NCBI GenBank assembly: GCA_017936265.1
Contig: JAGBFX010000025.1
Location: forward strand, 33,427 to 97,426
From: Bacteroidaceae bacterium
GTDB taxonomy: Bacteria > Bacteroidota > Bacteroidia > Bacteroidales > Bacteroidaceae
Direction of reading: 5' to 3'
DNA: 64,000 bases
The notes below the pieces were generated by a model. That model did not search any database. It saw nothing but the letters and a program-made list of their open reading frames with translations, and had not been told where the DNA came from. A program made the position numbers and the translations under genes. Below are positions 1 to 9,180 of this stretch, piece by piece (positions within the stretch are counted from its first letter, which is position 1; the number at the start of each line of letters is the position of its first letter).

Positions 1-1552
1 GGTTGAGCGCGTGCTCAACATGGCCGACGGCTGCATCCTGCTTGTCGACGCTTTTGAAGGCCCCATGCCGCAGACACGTTTCGTGCTGCAGAAAGCATTG
101 CAGATAGGACTTAAGCCAATAGTTGTAGTGAACAAGGTGGACAAGCCCAACTGCCGTCCCGAGGAGGTATACGAAATGGTATTCGACCTTATGTTCTCGC
201 TCGAAGCAACAGAAGAGCAGCTTGATTTCCCGGTTCTCTACGGCAGCGCAAAGAACAACTGGATGAGCACAGACTGGCGCAAGGAGACAACCGACCTGAC
301 AGCCCTGCTCGATGCCATACTGGAACATATACCGGCACCCGAGCATCTTGAGGGTACGCCACAGATGCTCATAACATCGCTTGACTACTCGCCCTACACA
401 GGACGCATCGCAATAGGCCGCGTACACCGCGGAACACTCACAGAGGGTTCTAACATCACCCTTGTAAACCGCAACGGCCAGGAGAGCAAAATGAAAATCA
501 AGGAGCTGCACACATTCGAAGGCCTTGGCCGAAAGAAGACCGACAGTGTATCGTCAGGCGACATATGCGCAATAGTGGGACTCGAGAAATTCGAAATCGG
601 AGACACCATCTGCGACTTCGAGAACCCCGAGGCATTGCCCCCGATAGCCATTGATGAGCCAACGATGAGCATGCTCTTTACAATAAACGACTCGCCGTTC
701 TTCGGCAAGGAGGGCAAGTTCGTGACCTCACGTCACATACAGGAGCGTCTTGACAAGGAGCTTGACAAGAACCTTGCACTCAAGGTAAAGAAAGACCCCG
801 AGGAGGATGCATGGACTGTATACGGCCGCGGAGTGCTGCACCTGTCGGTACTCATAGAGACAATGCGCCGCGAGGGATATGAGCTGCAGGTGGGACAGCC
901 GCAGGTAATATACAAGGAGATTGACGGTGTGCGCCACGAGCCTATCGAAGAGCTTACGATAAACGTACCCACGGATTTCTCGAGCAAAATCATAGATATG
1001 GTTACCCGCCGCAAGGGCGAGATGCTCTCAATGGAGGCACAGGCCGACCGCGTGAACATCGAGTTCAACATCCCGTCAAGGGGTATCATAGGCTTGCGCA
1101 CCAACGTGCTCACAGCATCGGCCGGCGAGGCTATCATGGCGCACCGTTTCAAGGAGTACCAGCCATTCAAGGGCGACATCGAGCGCCGCACCAACGGTTC
1201 GATGGTAGCCATGGAGAGCGGTACGGCCTTCGCATATGCCATCGACAAGCTGCAGGAGAGAGGGAAGTTCTTCATAAGCCCGCAGGAGGAGGTATATGCT
1301 GGTCAGGTAGTGGGCGAGCACATACACGAGAACGACCTTGTAATCAATGTCACAAAGAGCAAGAAGTTGACCAACATGCGTGCAAGCGGCAGCGATGACA
1401 AGGCGCGCATTATACCACCGACAATATTCTCACTTGAGGAAGCACTCGAGTATATAAAGGAGGACGAGTATCTGGAGGTCACTCCAAAATCAATGCGCAT
1501 GCGCAAGATAATACTCGATGAGCTTGAACGCAAACGTGCGAACAAACAGTAA
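1..1552 (+). CDS. typA: Translational GTPase TypA/BipA (5' end cut by window edge)
   Basis: The frame stays open back to nt 2 (VERVLNMADG...). It has the NKVD G4 motif and EF-G-like domains. Stop TAA is at 1550-1552. Confidence 0.92.
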   Translation, partial: VERVLNMADGCILLVDAFEGPMPQTRFVLQKALQIGLKPIVVVNKVDKPNCRPEEVYEMVFDLMFSLEATEEQLDFPVLYGSAKNNWMSTDWRKETTDLTALLDAILEHIPAPEHLEGTPQMLITSLDYSPYTGRIAIGRVHRGTLTEGSNITLVNRNGQESKMKIKELHTFEGLGRKKTDSVSSGDICAIVGLEKFEIGDTICDFENPEALPPIAIDEPTMSMLFTINDSPFFGKEGKFVTSRHIQERLDKELDKNLALKVKKDPEEDAWTVYGRGVLHLSVLIETMRREGYELQVGQPQVIYKEIDGVRHEPIEELTINVPTDFSSKIIDMVTRRKGEMLSMEAQADRVNIEFNIPSRGIIGLRTNVLTASAGEAIMAHRFKEYQPFKGDIERRTNGSMVAMESGTAFAYAIDKLQERGKFFISPQEEVYAGQVVGEHIHENDLVINVTKSKKLTNMRASGSDDKARIIPPTIFSLEEALEYIKEDEYLEVTPKSMRMRKIILDELERKRANKQ

Positions 1553-1556
1553 GACA

Positions 1557-2624
1557 ATGAAGAATCACGGAATAATCACACTGCTCATACTATTCCTGTT
1601 CTCATGCGGCAATGAGAAGCAGGAGAACATCTTTACCCTTGAGGGCAACACTGGTACCCCCGAGGGGAGTCTCTATCTTTTCGGCACTGACGGCCGTTAC
1701 GAAAAGAGAGACTCGACAGTGTGCGATGAGAACGGATTCTTCAGATTCACAATACCGGCCGACACCGTCATGCCGCTCGCGCTTATAACCCCCGACATGC
1801 GTCTTGTGCCGGTGTACGCCGAGCCGAAGCTGAAGGCCGAACTGCTGCGCGACACCACCATGAATAACGGTTGGTGCGTAAAGGGTGGCGCTGTGCAGGC
1901 ACTGCACGACAGCATTTCAAGAGTGCTCGACGCATGCAACAGCACAAACATGCTTCACGAGACAATTGACTCGTTCATACTGAAGAACCCCATCTGTGAT
2001 GTAAACGTAGAGATTGTACGCCGTTACATGACCGAACTGCCAAAGACCGACCATAGAGCCATACGCGCACGTACAGGTAATTTAGGCGGTATAATGAAGG
2101 ACCACACTTTCTTTGCCATGCTGAAGGAGAGAACCGACAACAAGGTAAGCAATGTCGAGCACCGTTCCTTCCCATCGTTCAACTACACTACCGCTGACAG
2201 CATTGAACTCACGCAGACAGAACTTCTCAAGAAATACACCCTGGTAACATTCTGGGCCTCATGGGATGAAGGAAGCCGCGAGAGGATAAAAGCATTGTCA
2301 GGAATACAGGACAGCATAGAGAGCAAGAGTTTCGCGCTGCTCAACATCTCATTCGACCACGACTCGGCAACCTGGAGGAAATTCATTGAAGAGGACAGCA
2401 TTACAGGCAACAACGTCATCGAGAGCAAGATGTTCGGCAGTGCCATAGCAAAGCAGTTCAGCATAAAATCACTGCCATTCACCATGCTCGTGAGCCCGTA
2501 CCAGAGAGTGCTGAAGTATGATCTCGATATGAACGGCATTGTGTCACACATTGACTCCTTGACAAGGAGGTATGACAAGGAGCAGGAAAAGAAGAACAAG
2601 AAGATAACGAACAAACTGAAATAA
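1557..2624 (+). CDS. Lipoprotein with a TlpA/AhpC-like thioredoxin fold that lacks the CXXC motif
   Basis: ATG at 1557 gives MKNHGIITLLILFLFSCGNE, a lipobox with Cys. The C-terminal half reads 'TLVTFWASWDEGSRERIKAL', where TlpA-type proteins have FWASWCGPC. Confidence 0.7.
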   Translation: MKNHGIITLLILFLFSCGNEKQENIFTLEGNTGTPEGSLYLFGTDGRYEKRDSTVCDENGFFRFTIPADTVMPLALITPDMRLVPVYAEPKLKAELLRDTTMNNGWCVKGGAVQALHDSISRVLDACNSTNMLHETIDSFILKNPICDVNVEIVRRYMTELPKTDHRAIRARTGNLGGIMKDHTFFAMLKERTDNKVSNVEHRSFPSFNYTTADSIELTQTELLKKYTLVTFWASWDEGSRERIKALSGIQDSIESKSFALLNISFDHDSATWRKFIEEDSITGNNVIESKMFGSAIAKQFSIKSLPFTMLVSPYQRVLKYDLDMNGIVSHIDSLTRRYDKEQEKKNKKITNKLK

Positions 2625-2626
2625 GC

Positions 2627-4165
2627 ATGCTTGTAAAGGTTCTTGCAGCAGCCATACAAGGCATTAACGCGACACTCGTCACAATAGAGGTCAACGCACT
2701 GCGAGGTATAAAGTTCTACCTTGTAGGGTTGCCAGACAATGCAGTCAAGGAGAGCCATCAGCGAATAAACTCGGCACTCCAGTACAACGGGTTGCGTTTC
2801 CCGAGCAAACAGATTATTGTAAACATGGCGCCTGCCGACATAAAGAAGGAAGGATCGGCCTATGACCTTCCTATCGCCGTAGGCATACTTGCCGCCGACG
2901 AAGTCATCTCGACAGACAAGCTCGGCAAGTACCTCATCATGGGCGAGCTCGGTCTTGACGGAATGCTCGTGCCGATAAAAGGTGCCCTCCCAATAACGAT
3001 AAAAGCAAAGGAGCTTGGTTACGAAGGGATCATTCTGCCGAGAGGCAACGCTGCCGAGGCGGCTGTCGTTGACGGCATAGAGATATACGCCGCCGAGAAC
3101 ATAATGCAGGTAATAAGATTCCTAAACGGCGAGGAGGAGATTCCTCCCTTCAATGTTGACATCGAGAGGGATTTCTACTCGCAGCAGAGCAATTTCCCGT
3201 TCGATTTCAGCGAGGTACGCGGCCAGGAGAGCATCAAACGCGCCTTCGAGGTAGCCGCTGCAGGCGGACACAACCTCATAATGGTGGGCCCCCCAGGCAG
3301 CGGAAAATCAATGATGGCAAAGAGACTTCCCTCGATTCTTCCCCCGCTGACACTTAGCGAGAGCCTTGAAACGACAAAGATACACTCCGTAAGCGGTATG
3401 ATGCCTGACGGAGTATCGCTGATAACACAACGCCCGTTCCGTAGCCCACACCATACAATATCATCTGTGGCACTGTGCGGAGGAGGGGCAAACCCCAAAC
3501 CTGGAGAAATATCACTGGCACATAACGGCGTGCTGTTCCTTGATGAGTTGCCTGAGTTCAGTCGCGACGTACTCGAAGTGATGCGTCAACCGCTCGAGGA
3601 CCGCAAGATATGTGTCGCACGCGCCAACTACAAGGTAGAGTACCCTGCAGGCGTAATGTTTGTGGCAAGCATGAACCCGTGTCCGTGCGGTTATTACAAT
3701 CACCCCACCAAGGCATGCACATGCAGCCCCGGGCAGGTACAGCGTTATCTCAACAAGATAAGCGGCCCGTTGCTCGACCGTATCGACCTTCAGATAGAGA
3801 TTGTCCCTGTACCCTTCGAGGAGATATCGAAAACAGCACCCGGCGAGCCAAGCGCGGCCATACGCGAGCGCGTGATATCCGCACGCAAGATACAGGAGGA
3901 GCGTTTCAAGAATGAGAAAGGCATCTACTGCAACGCACAGATGACGCCAAAGCTAATTGCAAAATATGCAGTGCTCGATGAGACAAGCCTCGCCATGCTG
4001 AAGACAGCCATGACAAGGTTCGACCTATCGGCACGCGCCTATGACCGCATACTCAAGGTAGCCCGCACAATCGCCGACCTTGACAAGAGCGAGAACATAC
4101 AGTTCCAGCATATTGCCGAGGCCATCGGCTACCGCAACCTCGACAGGGCCACCTGGGGAGAATAA
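2627..4165 (+). CDS. comM: YifB/ComM family Mg-chelatase-like AAA+ ATPase
   Basis: 512 aa. Walker A is GPPGSGKSMMAKRL and Walker B is VLFLDELPEF. It has a Lon-protease-like N-domain and the typical C-terminus 'IAEAIGYRNLDR'. Confidence 0.9.
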   Translation: MLVKVLAAAIQGINATLVTIEVNALRGIKFYLVGLPDNAVKESHQRINSALQYNGLRFPSKQIIVNMAPADIKKEGSAYDLPIAVGILAADEVISTDKLGKYLIMGELGLDGMLVPIKGALPITIKAKELGYEGIILPRGNAAEAAVVDGIEIYAAENIMQVIRFLNGEEEIPPFNVDIERDFYSQQSNFPFDFSEVRGQESIKRAFEVAAAGGHNLIMVGPPGSGKSMMAKRLPSILPPLTLSESLETTKIHSVSGMMPDGVSLITQRPFRSPHHTISSVALCGGGANPKPGEISLAHNGVLFLDELPEFSRDVLEVMRQPLEDRKICVARANYKVEYPAGVMFVASMNPCPCGYYNHPTKACTCSPGQVQRYLNKISGPLLDRIDLQIEIVPVPFEEISKTAPGEPSAAIRERVISARKIQEERFKNEKGIYCNAQMTPKLIAKYAVLDETSLAMLKTAMTRFDLSARAYDRILKVARTIADLDKSENIQFQHIAEAIGYRNLDRATWGE

Positions 4166-4292
4166 TTACCCCTGACGGCAGACAGCCGGGCAAAGTACAG
4201 ACAGGATCGGCACCACACGGGATGCCGGACAGGCAGAACTGTCAAAGTCGGGGAAACATGATTCAGAGGTACGAACTAACACATAAACAAAA

Positions 4293-6692
4293 ATGCACAC
4301 ATCAATACTACAGACATTCATATGCAAGTTGCCTGATATTCCAGAACAAGGCATCGGCGGTTGCGAATTATTGGCCTTTGCCGGTCAGAGTTTTATCATC
4401 GGACTTCTAATAGCACTTCTCTCTCCCGGTATCCTTTACTTTCTTGGCAGGAAAAAGAGTTTCAGAGGCCGGAACCTTATGGTGCCTTTCGTGTCAACAT
4501 GGCTGGCAGGCTTTATCGTATATGATGTCGGCATGTTTACAGGTAACTACTGGTCACTGATCAGCAACATGCCGATGGCTGTCATACATGCATTCAAGAT
4601 GTTCATCCTGGAAAGTGATATCAGCGAAGTGCAATCAAATTTTCACAGTAATTGGATATTCATGTCCTTCTATTCATTGGCCCATTTCTCGGCTGCCGCA
4701 ATAAGTCTGTGGTTTGTAATAGAGCATTTCGGATTCAACATTGTCGCATCTGTCAAATGCTTCCTCAGTTCAACATGCATTGCCAGAGCAAAAGACAACG
4801 TATACGTATTCTGGGGAGTCAATGACGCTGCCCACCATCTGGCCAAAAGCATCAATACCCACCACGAGAAGAACGGAGGCACATACAGGATTATTGTCAT
4901 AAGATCAGGGAACGACAATGAGACCAGGCAGAAAGTAAATGGTTTTGAAAGGCTTTTCCACTTCCTCTCTTTAAACAACAAAGAGATAGACTATATAAGG
5001 GACATCAAGGCCTGCCTCACGACAAGCACGTTTGTAAGTCTTTCTGACCTGAATCTCCAGGCATCAGGAGAGAACCCCGACATACTCAGGTCTCTGGGGT
5101 TGAAGACCGTTTCGAGAGTCATAAGTAAAAAGACCAAAGGAGATGTCTTTGTATTCTTCTTGTCAGACAATGAATCCACCAACATAAAATCGGTCACAAA
5201 CCTGAAACAGGACTGCACCCTGCAGAAGATTGCCAAGAATAGGCAAGTAAAATTCTTCTGCCACGCAAGATACAACAGCATAAACAGAGTGATTGAAGAC
5301 ATCGATATCACAAACATGATTGAGACCAGGATTATCGACACATCCCACATGTCAATCGAATGTCTGAAACGTGAAAGCAGATACCAGCCTGTCAGCTTTG
5401 TAGACATCAACCCTGATGACGGCACGGTAGATTCACCCTTCACGAGTCTGATCGTCGGTTTTGGCGAAACAGGCAGGGATGCATTGAGGTTCCTGTATGA
5501 GTTCGGTGCTTTCGTTGACAGCAACACCGGGAAGCGCAGTGTATTCAACTGCCATATTGTAGACAAACAGCTCGGTTCAATAGAAGGAGCACTCATAAAT
5601 ACATGCCCCAGAATATTTGAGAGCAGGAACACCGCCGATGACTCTCTTCTGGTTAAGCGCCACATGATAGATTACACTTCTGATGCATTCTTCAACGACC
5701 TGCTTGCGAAACTGGCCGATAAACTGAACTACATTGTCATTACTATAGGAAATGATGATGCCGGAATGACACTGGCGGTACGCATAATGAAATACCTTAT
5801 GCGCCTTGGGCGAAACTTCGACAAGCTACGCATATTTGTACGTTCATATAAATCTTCACAGTACTCCCACATGTCAAAGATAGCCAAGCACTACAATGAG
5901 AATGAAGAAAGAATCGTGCTGTTCGGCAACGAGGAGCAACTCTATTCTTACGGGATGGTTGTAGAGGACAATTTCGAGAAGCGTGGCAAAGAGTATTATG
6001 AGGCATATCGTTCACTGAACCCAGGACACGATGAAGACGGGACATGGGAGCAGCGTAGGAGGAAACTGCTGGGACTTGCAAGACTCCACAAGACCGGCCG
6101 TAAAGACCCCTGCACCGGCTGCAAGATATTCGAAGAGGAGTCTATCTGCAACCCCGGGCCGACACCGTTGAACAGTATACAGAAGCTTCGCCGCAAGGAG
6201 GCACAGGACAAAGCCAACGCCATGCATGAGACAACAAAGATAATGATTCTTGAGCATGTTATGCCAAAATGGTTATCAGAGCTTGTCCCTGCGCTGTTCA
6301 AGTTCACGAACACAGGAGAACAGACTATCATTACCGTCAATAGGGAGCACCATCATGATGCAAATCCCAAGAGCGTAAAATATACAAAGTTGACTCCCAA
6401 GCAACAAGCCCTGATGGACAATCTTGCAAAGCTTGAACACCTGCGTTGGAATGCATCGCACGAAATTCTCGGCTACAGGACAACACCGACGGAAATCCCA
6501 GATGAGCAGAGAGGGTGTGATGAGACCAGAATGACACACAACTGTTTGGTAGAATGGGATGAATTGGACAAGGAATCCGACAGAATAAAATATATTGATG
6601 ATTACAAGATTTATGACTATAGCGTCGTAGAAACCACCATCAACATATACCGGAAAGGAGCGGTTTCACAAAAGGCTGAGGTGCAACAATGA
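4293..6692 (+). CDS. Membrane protein with ~4 N-terminal TM helices, two Rossmann/TrkA-N-like domains and a RyR-like C-terminal domain; function unknown
   Basis: 799-aa ORF with hydrophobic segments in aa ~25-165. The first domain has a degenerate beta-alpha motif, VYVFWGVNDAAHHLAKSI. The second has GxGxxG (LIVGFGETGRDALRFL) followed by an acidic HIVDK. The C-terminus is 'LAKLEHLRWNASHEILGY...THNCLVEWDELDKES...DYKIYDYSVVE', the RyR-repeat pattern. The start codon is uncertain because no canonical promoter lies upstream. Confidence 0.6.
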   Translation: MHTSILQTFICKLPDIPEQGIGGCELLAFAGQSFIIGLLIALLSPGILYFLGRKKSFRGRNLMVPFVSTWLAGFIVYDVGMFTGNYWSLISNMPMAVIHAFKMFILESDISEVQSNFHSNWIFMSFYSLAHFSAAAISLWFVIEHFGFNIVASVKCFLSSTCIARAKDNVYVFWGVNDAAHHLAKSINTHHEKNGGTYRIIVIRSGNDNETRQKVNGFERLFHFLSLNNKEIDYIRDIKACLTTSTFVSLSDLNLQASGENPDILRSLGLKTVSRVISKKTKGDVFVFFLSDNESTNIKSVTNLKQDCTLQKIAKNRQVKFFCHARYNSINRVIEDIDITNMIETRIIDTSHMSIECLKRESRYQPVSFVDINPDDGTVDSPFTSLIVGFGETGRDALRFLYEFGAFVDSNTGKRSVFNCHIVDKQLGSIEGALINTCPRIFESRNTADDSLLVKRHMIDYTSDAFFNDLLAKLADKLNYIVITIGNDDAGMTLAVRIMKYLMRLGRNFDKLRIFVRSYKSSQYSHMSKIAKHYNENEERIVLFGNEEQLYSYGMVVEDNFEKRGKEYYEAYRSLNPGHDEDGTWEQRRRKLLGLARLHKTGRKDPCTGCKIFEEESICNPGPTPLNSIQKLRRKEAQDKANAMHETTKIMILEHVMPKWLSELVPALFKFTNTGEQTIITVNREHHHDANPKSVKYTKLTPKQQALMDNLAKLEHLRWNASHEILGYRTTPTEIPDEQRGCDETRMTHNCLVEWDELDKESDRIKYIDDYKIYDYSVVETTINIYRKGAVSQKAEVQQ

Positions 6693-7108
6693 CAACACCG
6701 ATGACAGACAGTCGGGCGCAGTACAGACAGATGGCTGTCAGAGCAGGAAAACATAAACCACTTATTATACATATAACCGATATGCCACACATTAAAATCA
6801 AATTGACAGTCTCGGAATGGGACATCGGCGGCAAGGACGACACCACATCATACGTTCTTGACAGCGAAGTAAAAGAAGTAGGCGAAATTCTTGTCGTGAA
6901 CAAGGTATTCCCCGAACGGTACACATTCACAGTGAAAGGTATTTCCGATACGGAAATATGCCTTGATTGCGAATGCCCTCCCATGTCCTTGCACCTTAAG
7001 AAAGGTGAGCCCTACAATGCGGAATACAACATCGAAGGTTACGAGGACCACGACGGCTGTGTCTGGAACGGTGAGGATGAGTATCTGACCATTGAGTGGC
7101 AGGAGTGA
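6689..7108 (+). CDS. Hypothetical 139-aa protein, translationally coupled to the upstream gene
   Basis: ATGA overlap: ATG at 6689-6691 and the upstream TGA at 6690-6692. No family recognised and no TM segment. It has Cys/His-containing motifs (CLDCECPP, HDGCVW). Confidence 0.55.
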   Translation: MTTPMTDSRAQYRQMAVRAGKHKPLIIHITDMPHIKIKLTVSEWDIGGKDDTTSYVLDSEVKEVGEILVVNKVFPERYTFTVKGISDTEICLDCECPPMSLHLKKGEPYNAEYNIEGYEDHDGCVWNGEDEYLTIEWQE

Positions 7109-7145
7109 AAAGCAGCTACCCCCGTAAACAATAGAACTACAGACA

Positions 7146-7730
7146 ATGGAGACAAAGAGTATCTGCGTATACTGCGCATCGAGCAACAAGGCCGCCGAAA
7201 TCTACTGTGAAACTGCATATAAATTGGGCGCCCTGCTTGCCAAAGAGGGCATAACGGTCATTACCGGTGCGGGAAGCATCGGTCTGATGCGCATGGTAGA
7301 GGACGGCGCGCTTGACAACGGCGGCAGTGCAATCGGTGTAATTCCGCAGTTTATGGTCGAGCAGGGCTGGCATCATACAGGGCTTACAGAGCTGCGCATA
7401 ACGGAGAGCATGCATGAGCGCAAACAGACCATGGCAGACCTTAGTGACGCTGTGATTGCACTGCCCGGCGGCTGCGGCACCATAGAGGAACTGAGCGAGA
7501 TTATTACGTGGAAACAGTTGGGACTATATTTCAACCCCATTGTCATTCTCAACATCAACGGCTACTATGACCACTTTATCGCACAGTTGGGAAAGGCCAT
7601 CGAAGAGCGCTTCATGGGCGAGATCCATGGCAAGATATGGAGCGTGGCCTCAACTCCCGAAGAGGCTCTTGAGATAATAAGGAACACACCGCGCTGGGAT
7701 GCGTCGGTAAGAAAATACGCCGCGCTATGA
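7146..7730 (+). CDS. LOG family protein (TIGR00730-type Rossmann fold nucleotide/nucleoside-5'-monophosphate hydrolase)
   Basis: 194 aa with GAGSIGLM and PGGCGTIEEL, the PGGxGTxxE LOG motif. Confidence 0.85.
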   Translation: METKSICVYCASSNKAAEIYCETAYKLGALLAKEGITVITGAGSIGLMRMVEDGALDNGGSAIGVIPQFMVEQGWHHTGLTELRITESMHERKQTMADLSDAVIALPGGCGTIEELSEIITWKQLGLYFNPIVILNINGYYDHFIAQLGKAIEERFMGEIHGKIWSVASTPEEALEIIRNTPRWDASVRKYAAL

Positions 7731-8422
7731 CAAATGCTCCAGCTCCGTACAGCATGACAACAGACAGCGTCATCATGCTGCTGTTCATCCTGAACATCAT
7801 AGGTATCTCCTATGTGATTCTGATGAACGGCGCAAGCATCATTGAACGCACAAAGGGGCTGTTCTACTATCAGCACAAGTCGATGCCTTTCGGCGACAGG
7901 ACCCATATAACAAGGATATGCAATGCCCTGATGTACGCGCAGACAATCTTCTATCTGGCGATAATAACCATGGCCGCAATGAAAGAGAGGAGCGAGGTCG
8001 CGATTGAAAAGAGCCCGCTGACCTACCTCACCGCATATTCCACCCTATTCCTGTTCTTCTTCATTGTCAAACGCATAATGTACGACGCGACAAACAGCAT
8101 CCTCTACTCGAAAAAGGAGATGCTGGAGTGGAGAAATTTATATTTCTTTACAATAAAGCTGCTTGGCTTTGCATTGGCCCCTGCGGCAATAGCAATTCTG
8201 TTCATTCCGTCATTACCTTTGAATTATGTGAACTTTTATATCATTTTGACATCAGGAACCTTTATATACACTATAATAGGCGGTGCTGTCAAAATCATTT
8301 TCACAAAAAAAAGAAACTATTTGGAGATTTTTTTGTATCTTTGCGCACTTGAATTTTTACCCATAGCAATGGTGTGGAAATCCTTACTACAACTAAGCGA
8401 ATTGATAACAATAAAAATTTAG
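7727..8422 (+). CDS. Polytopic membrane protein (DUF4271-like, name from memory)
   Basis: 231 aa with ~6 hydrophobic helices. It shares an ATGA overlap with the LOG stop. It precedes the HemD-like gene, as I recall for Bacteroidetes. Confidence 0.6.
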   Translation: MTNAPAPYSMTTDSVIMLLFILNIIGISYVILMNGASIIERTKGLFYYQHKSMPFGDRTHITRICNALMYAQTIFYLAIITMAAMKERSEVAIEKSPLTYLTAYSTLFLFFFIVKRIMYDATNSILYSKKEMLEWRNLYFFTIKLLGFALAPAAIAILFIPSLPLNYVNFYIILTSGTFIYTIIGGAVKIIFTKKRNYLEIFLYLCALEFLPIAMVWKSLLQLSELITIKI

Positions 8423-8426
8423 GACA

Positions 8427-9167
8427 TTGAAGGTAAGTAAGATTTTGGTTTCTCAGCCGAAGCCGACCACTGGTAAATCTCCATATTTTGAACTTGCGGA
8501 GAAGCATAGCGTACAAATTGATTTCTGTTCATTCATAAAGGTTGAAGGAGTGACCGCAAAGGAGTTCCGTCAGCAGAAGGTATCTATAACAGGACACACT
8601 GCAATAGTATTCCTTTCACGTCATGCGATTGACCACTTCTTCACGCTGTGCAAGGAGCTGAGGGTAAACATCCCCGATGACATGAAATACTTCTGTCTAT
8701 CGGAGACCGTATCGCTTTACATACAGAAGTATGTCCAGTATCGCAAGCGCAAGGTATTCTTCGGCAACGGACACATACAGGACCTTGAGCCTCTGTTCGC
8801 AAAGCACAAAACCGAGAAATACTTCGTGCCTACATCAAATGTACACAACACCGAAATCAACGCAATCTTCGACAAGTACGAAATCATGCACTCTCAGGCC
8901 GAGATGTACCGCACCGTAAGCACAGACATCTCACCCGAGTACATAAAGTCATACGACATGCTCATCTTCTTCAGTCCGCACGGTATCGACTCGCTCAAGA
9001 AAAACATGCCCGACTACGTGCAGGGCGAACAGCTCATCGCATGCTTCGGTAATGTAACGGCAAAATATATCAAGGAGCACAACCTGCGTCTCGACCTTGA
9101 GGCCCCATCTGCAACAGCAACCAACATGCCTGCAGCTTTGGACGCCTATCTTGCAGCAAACAAATAA
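8427..9167 (+). CDS. Uroporphyrinogen-III synthase (HemD) family protein
   Basis: TTG start. 'KILVSQPKPTTGKSPYFELAEKHSVQIDFCSFIKVE' is typical of the Bacteroidetes HemD-like family. Confidence 0.75.
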   Translation: MKVSKILVSQPKPTTGKSPYFELAEKHSVQIDFCSFIKVEGVTAKEFRQQKVSITGHTAIVFLSRHAIDHFFTLCKELRVNIPDDMKYFCLSETVSLYIQKYVQYRKRKVFFGNGHIQDLEPLFAKHKTEKYFVPTSNVHNTEINAIFDKYEIMHSQAEMYRTVSTDISPEYIKSYDMLIFFSPHGIDSLKKNMPDYVQGEQLIACFGNVTAKYIKEHNLRLDLEAPSATATNMPAALDAYLAANK

Positions 9168-9180
9168 GGAACATATAATA

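Noticed and set aside
4166-4292. Mobile-element boundary (att site, inverted repeat or integrase remnant) at the edges of the low-GC insertion
   Set aside because: I found no direct or inverted repeats shared between 4166-4292 and 7109-7145, and no recombinase gene. The horizontal-transfer idea rests on composition only.
4991-5665. 224-aa ORF antisense to the RyR-like gene
   Set aside because: It is fully embedded antisense in a longer ORF that has coherent domain structure. It has no recognisable motif and is a typical shadow ORF.
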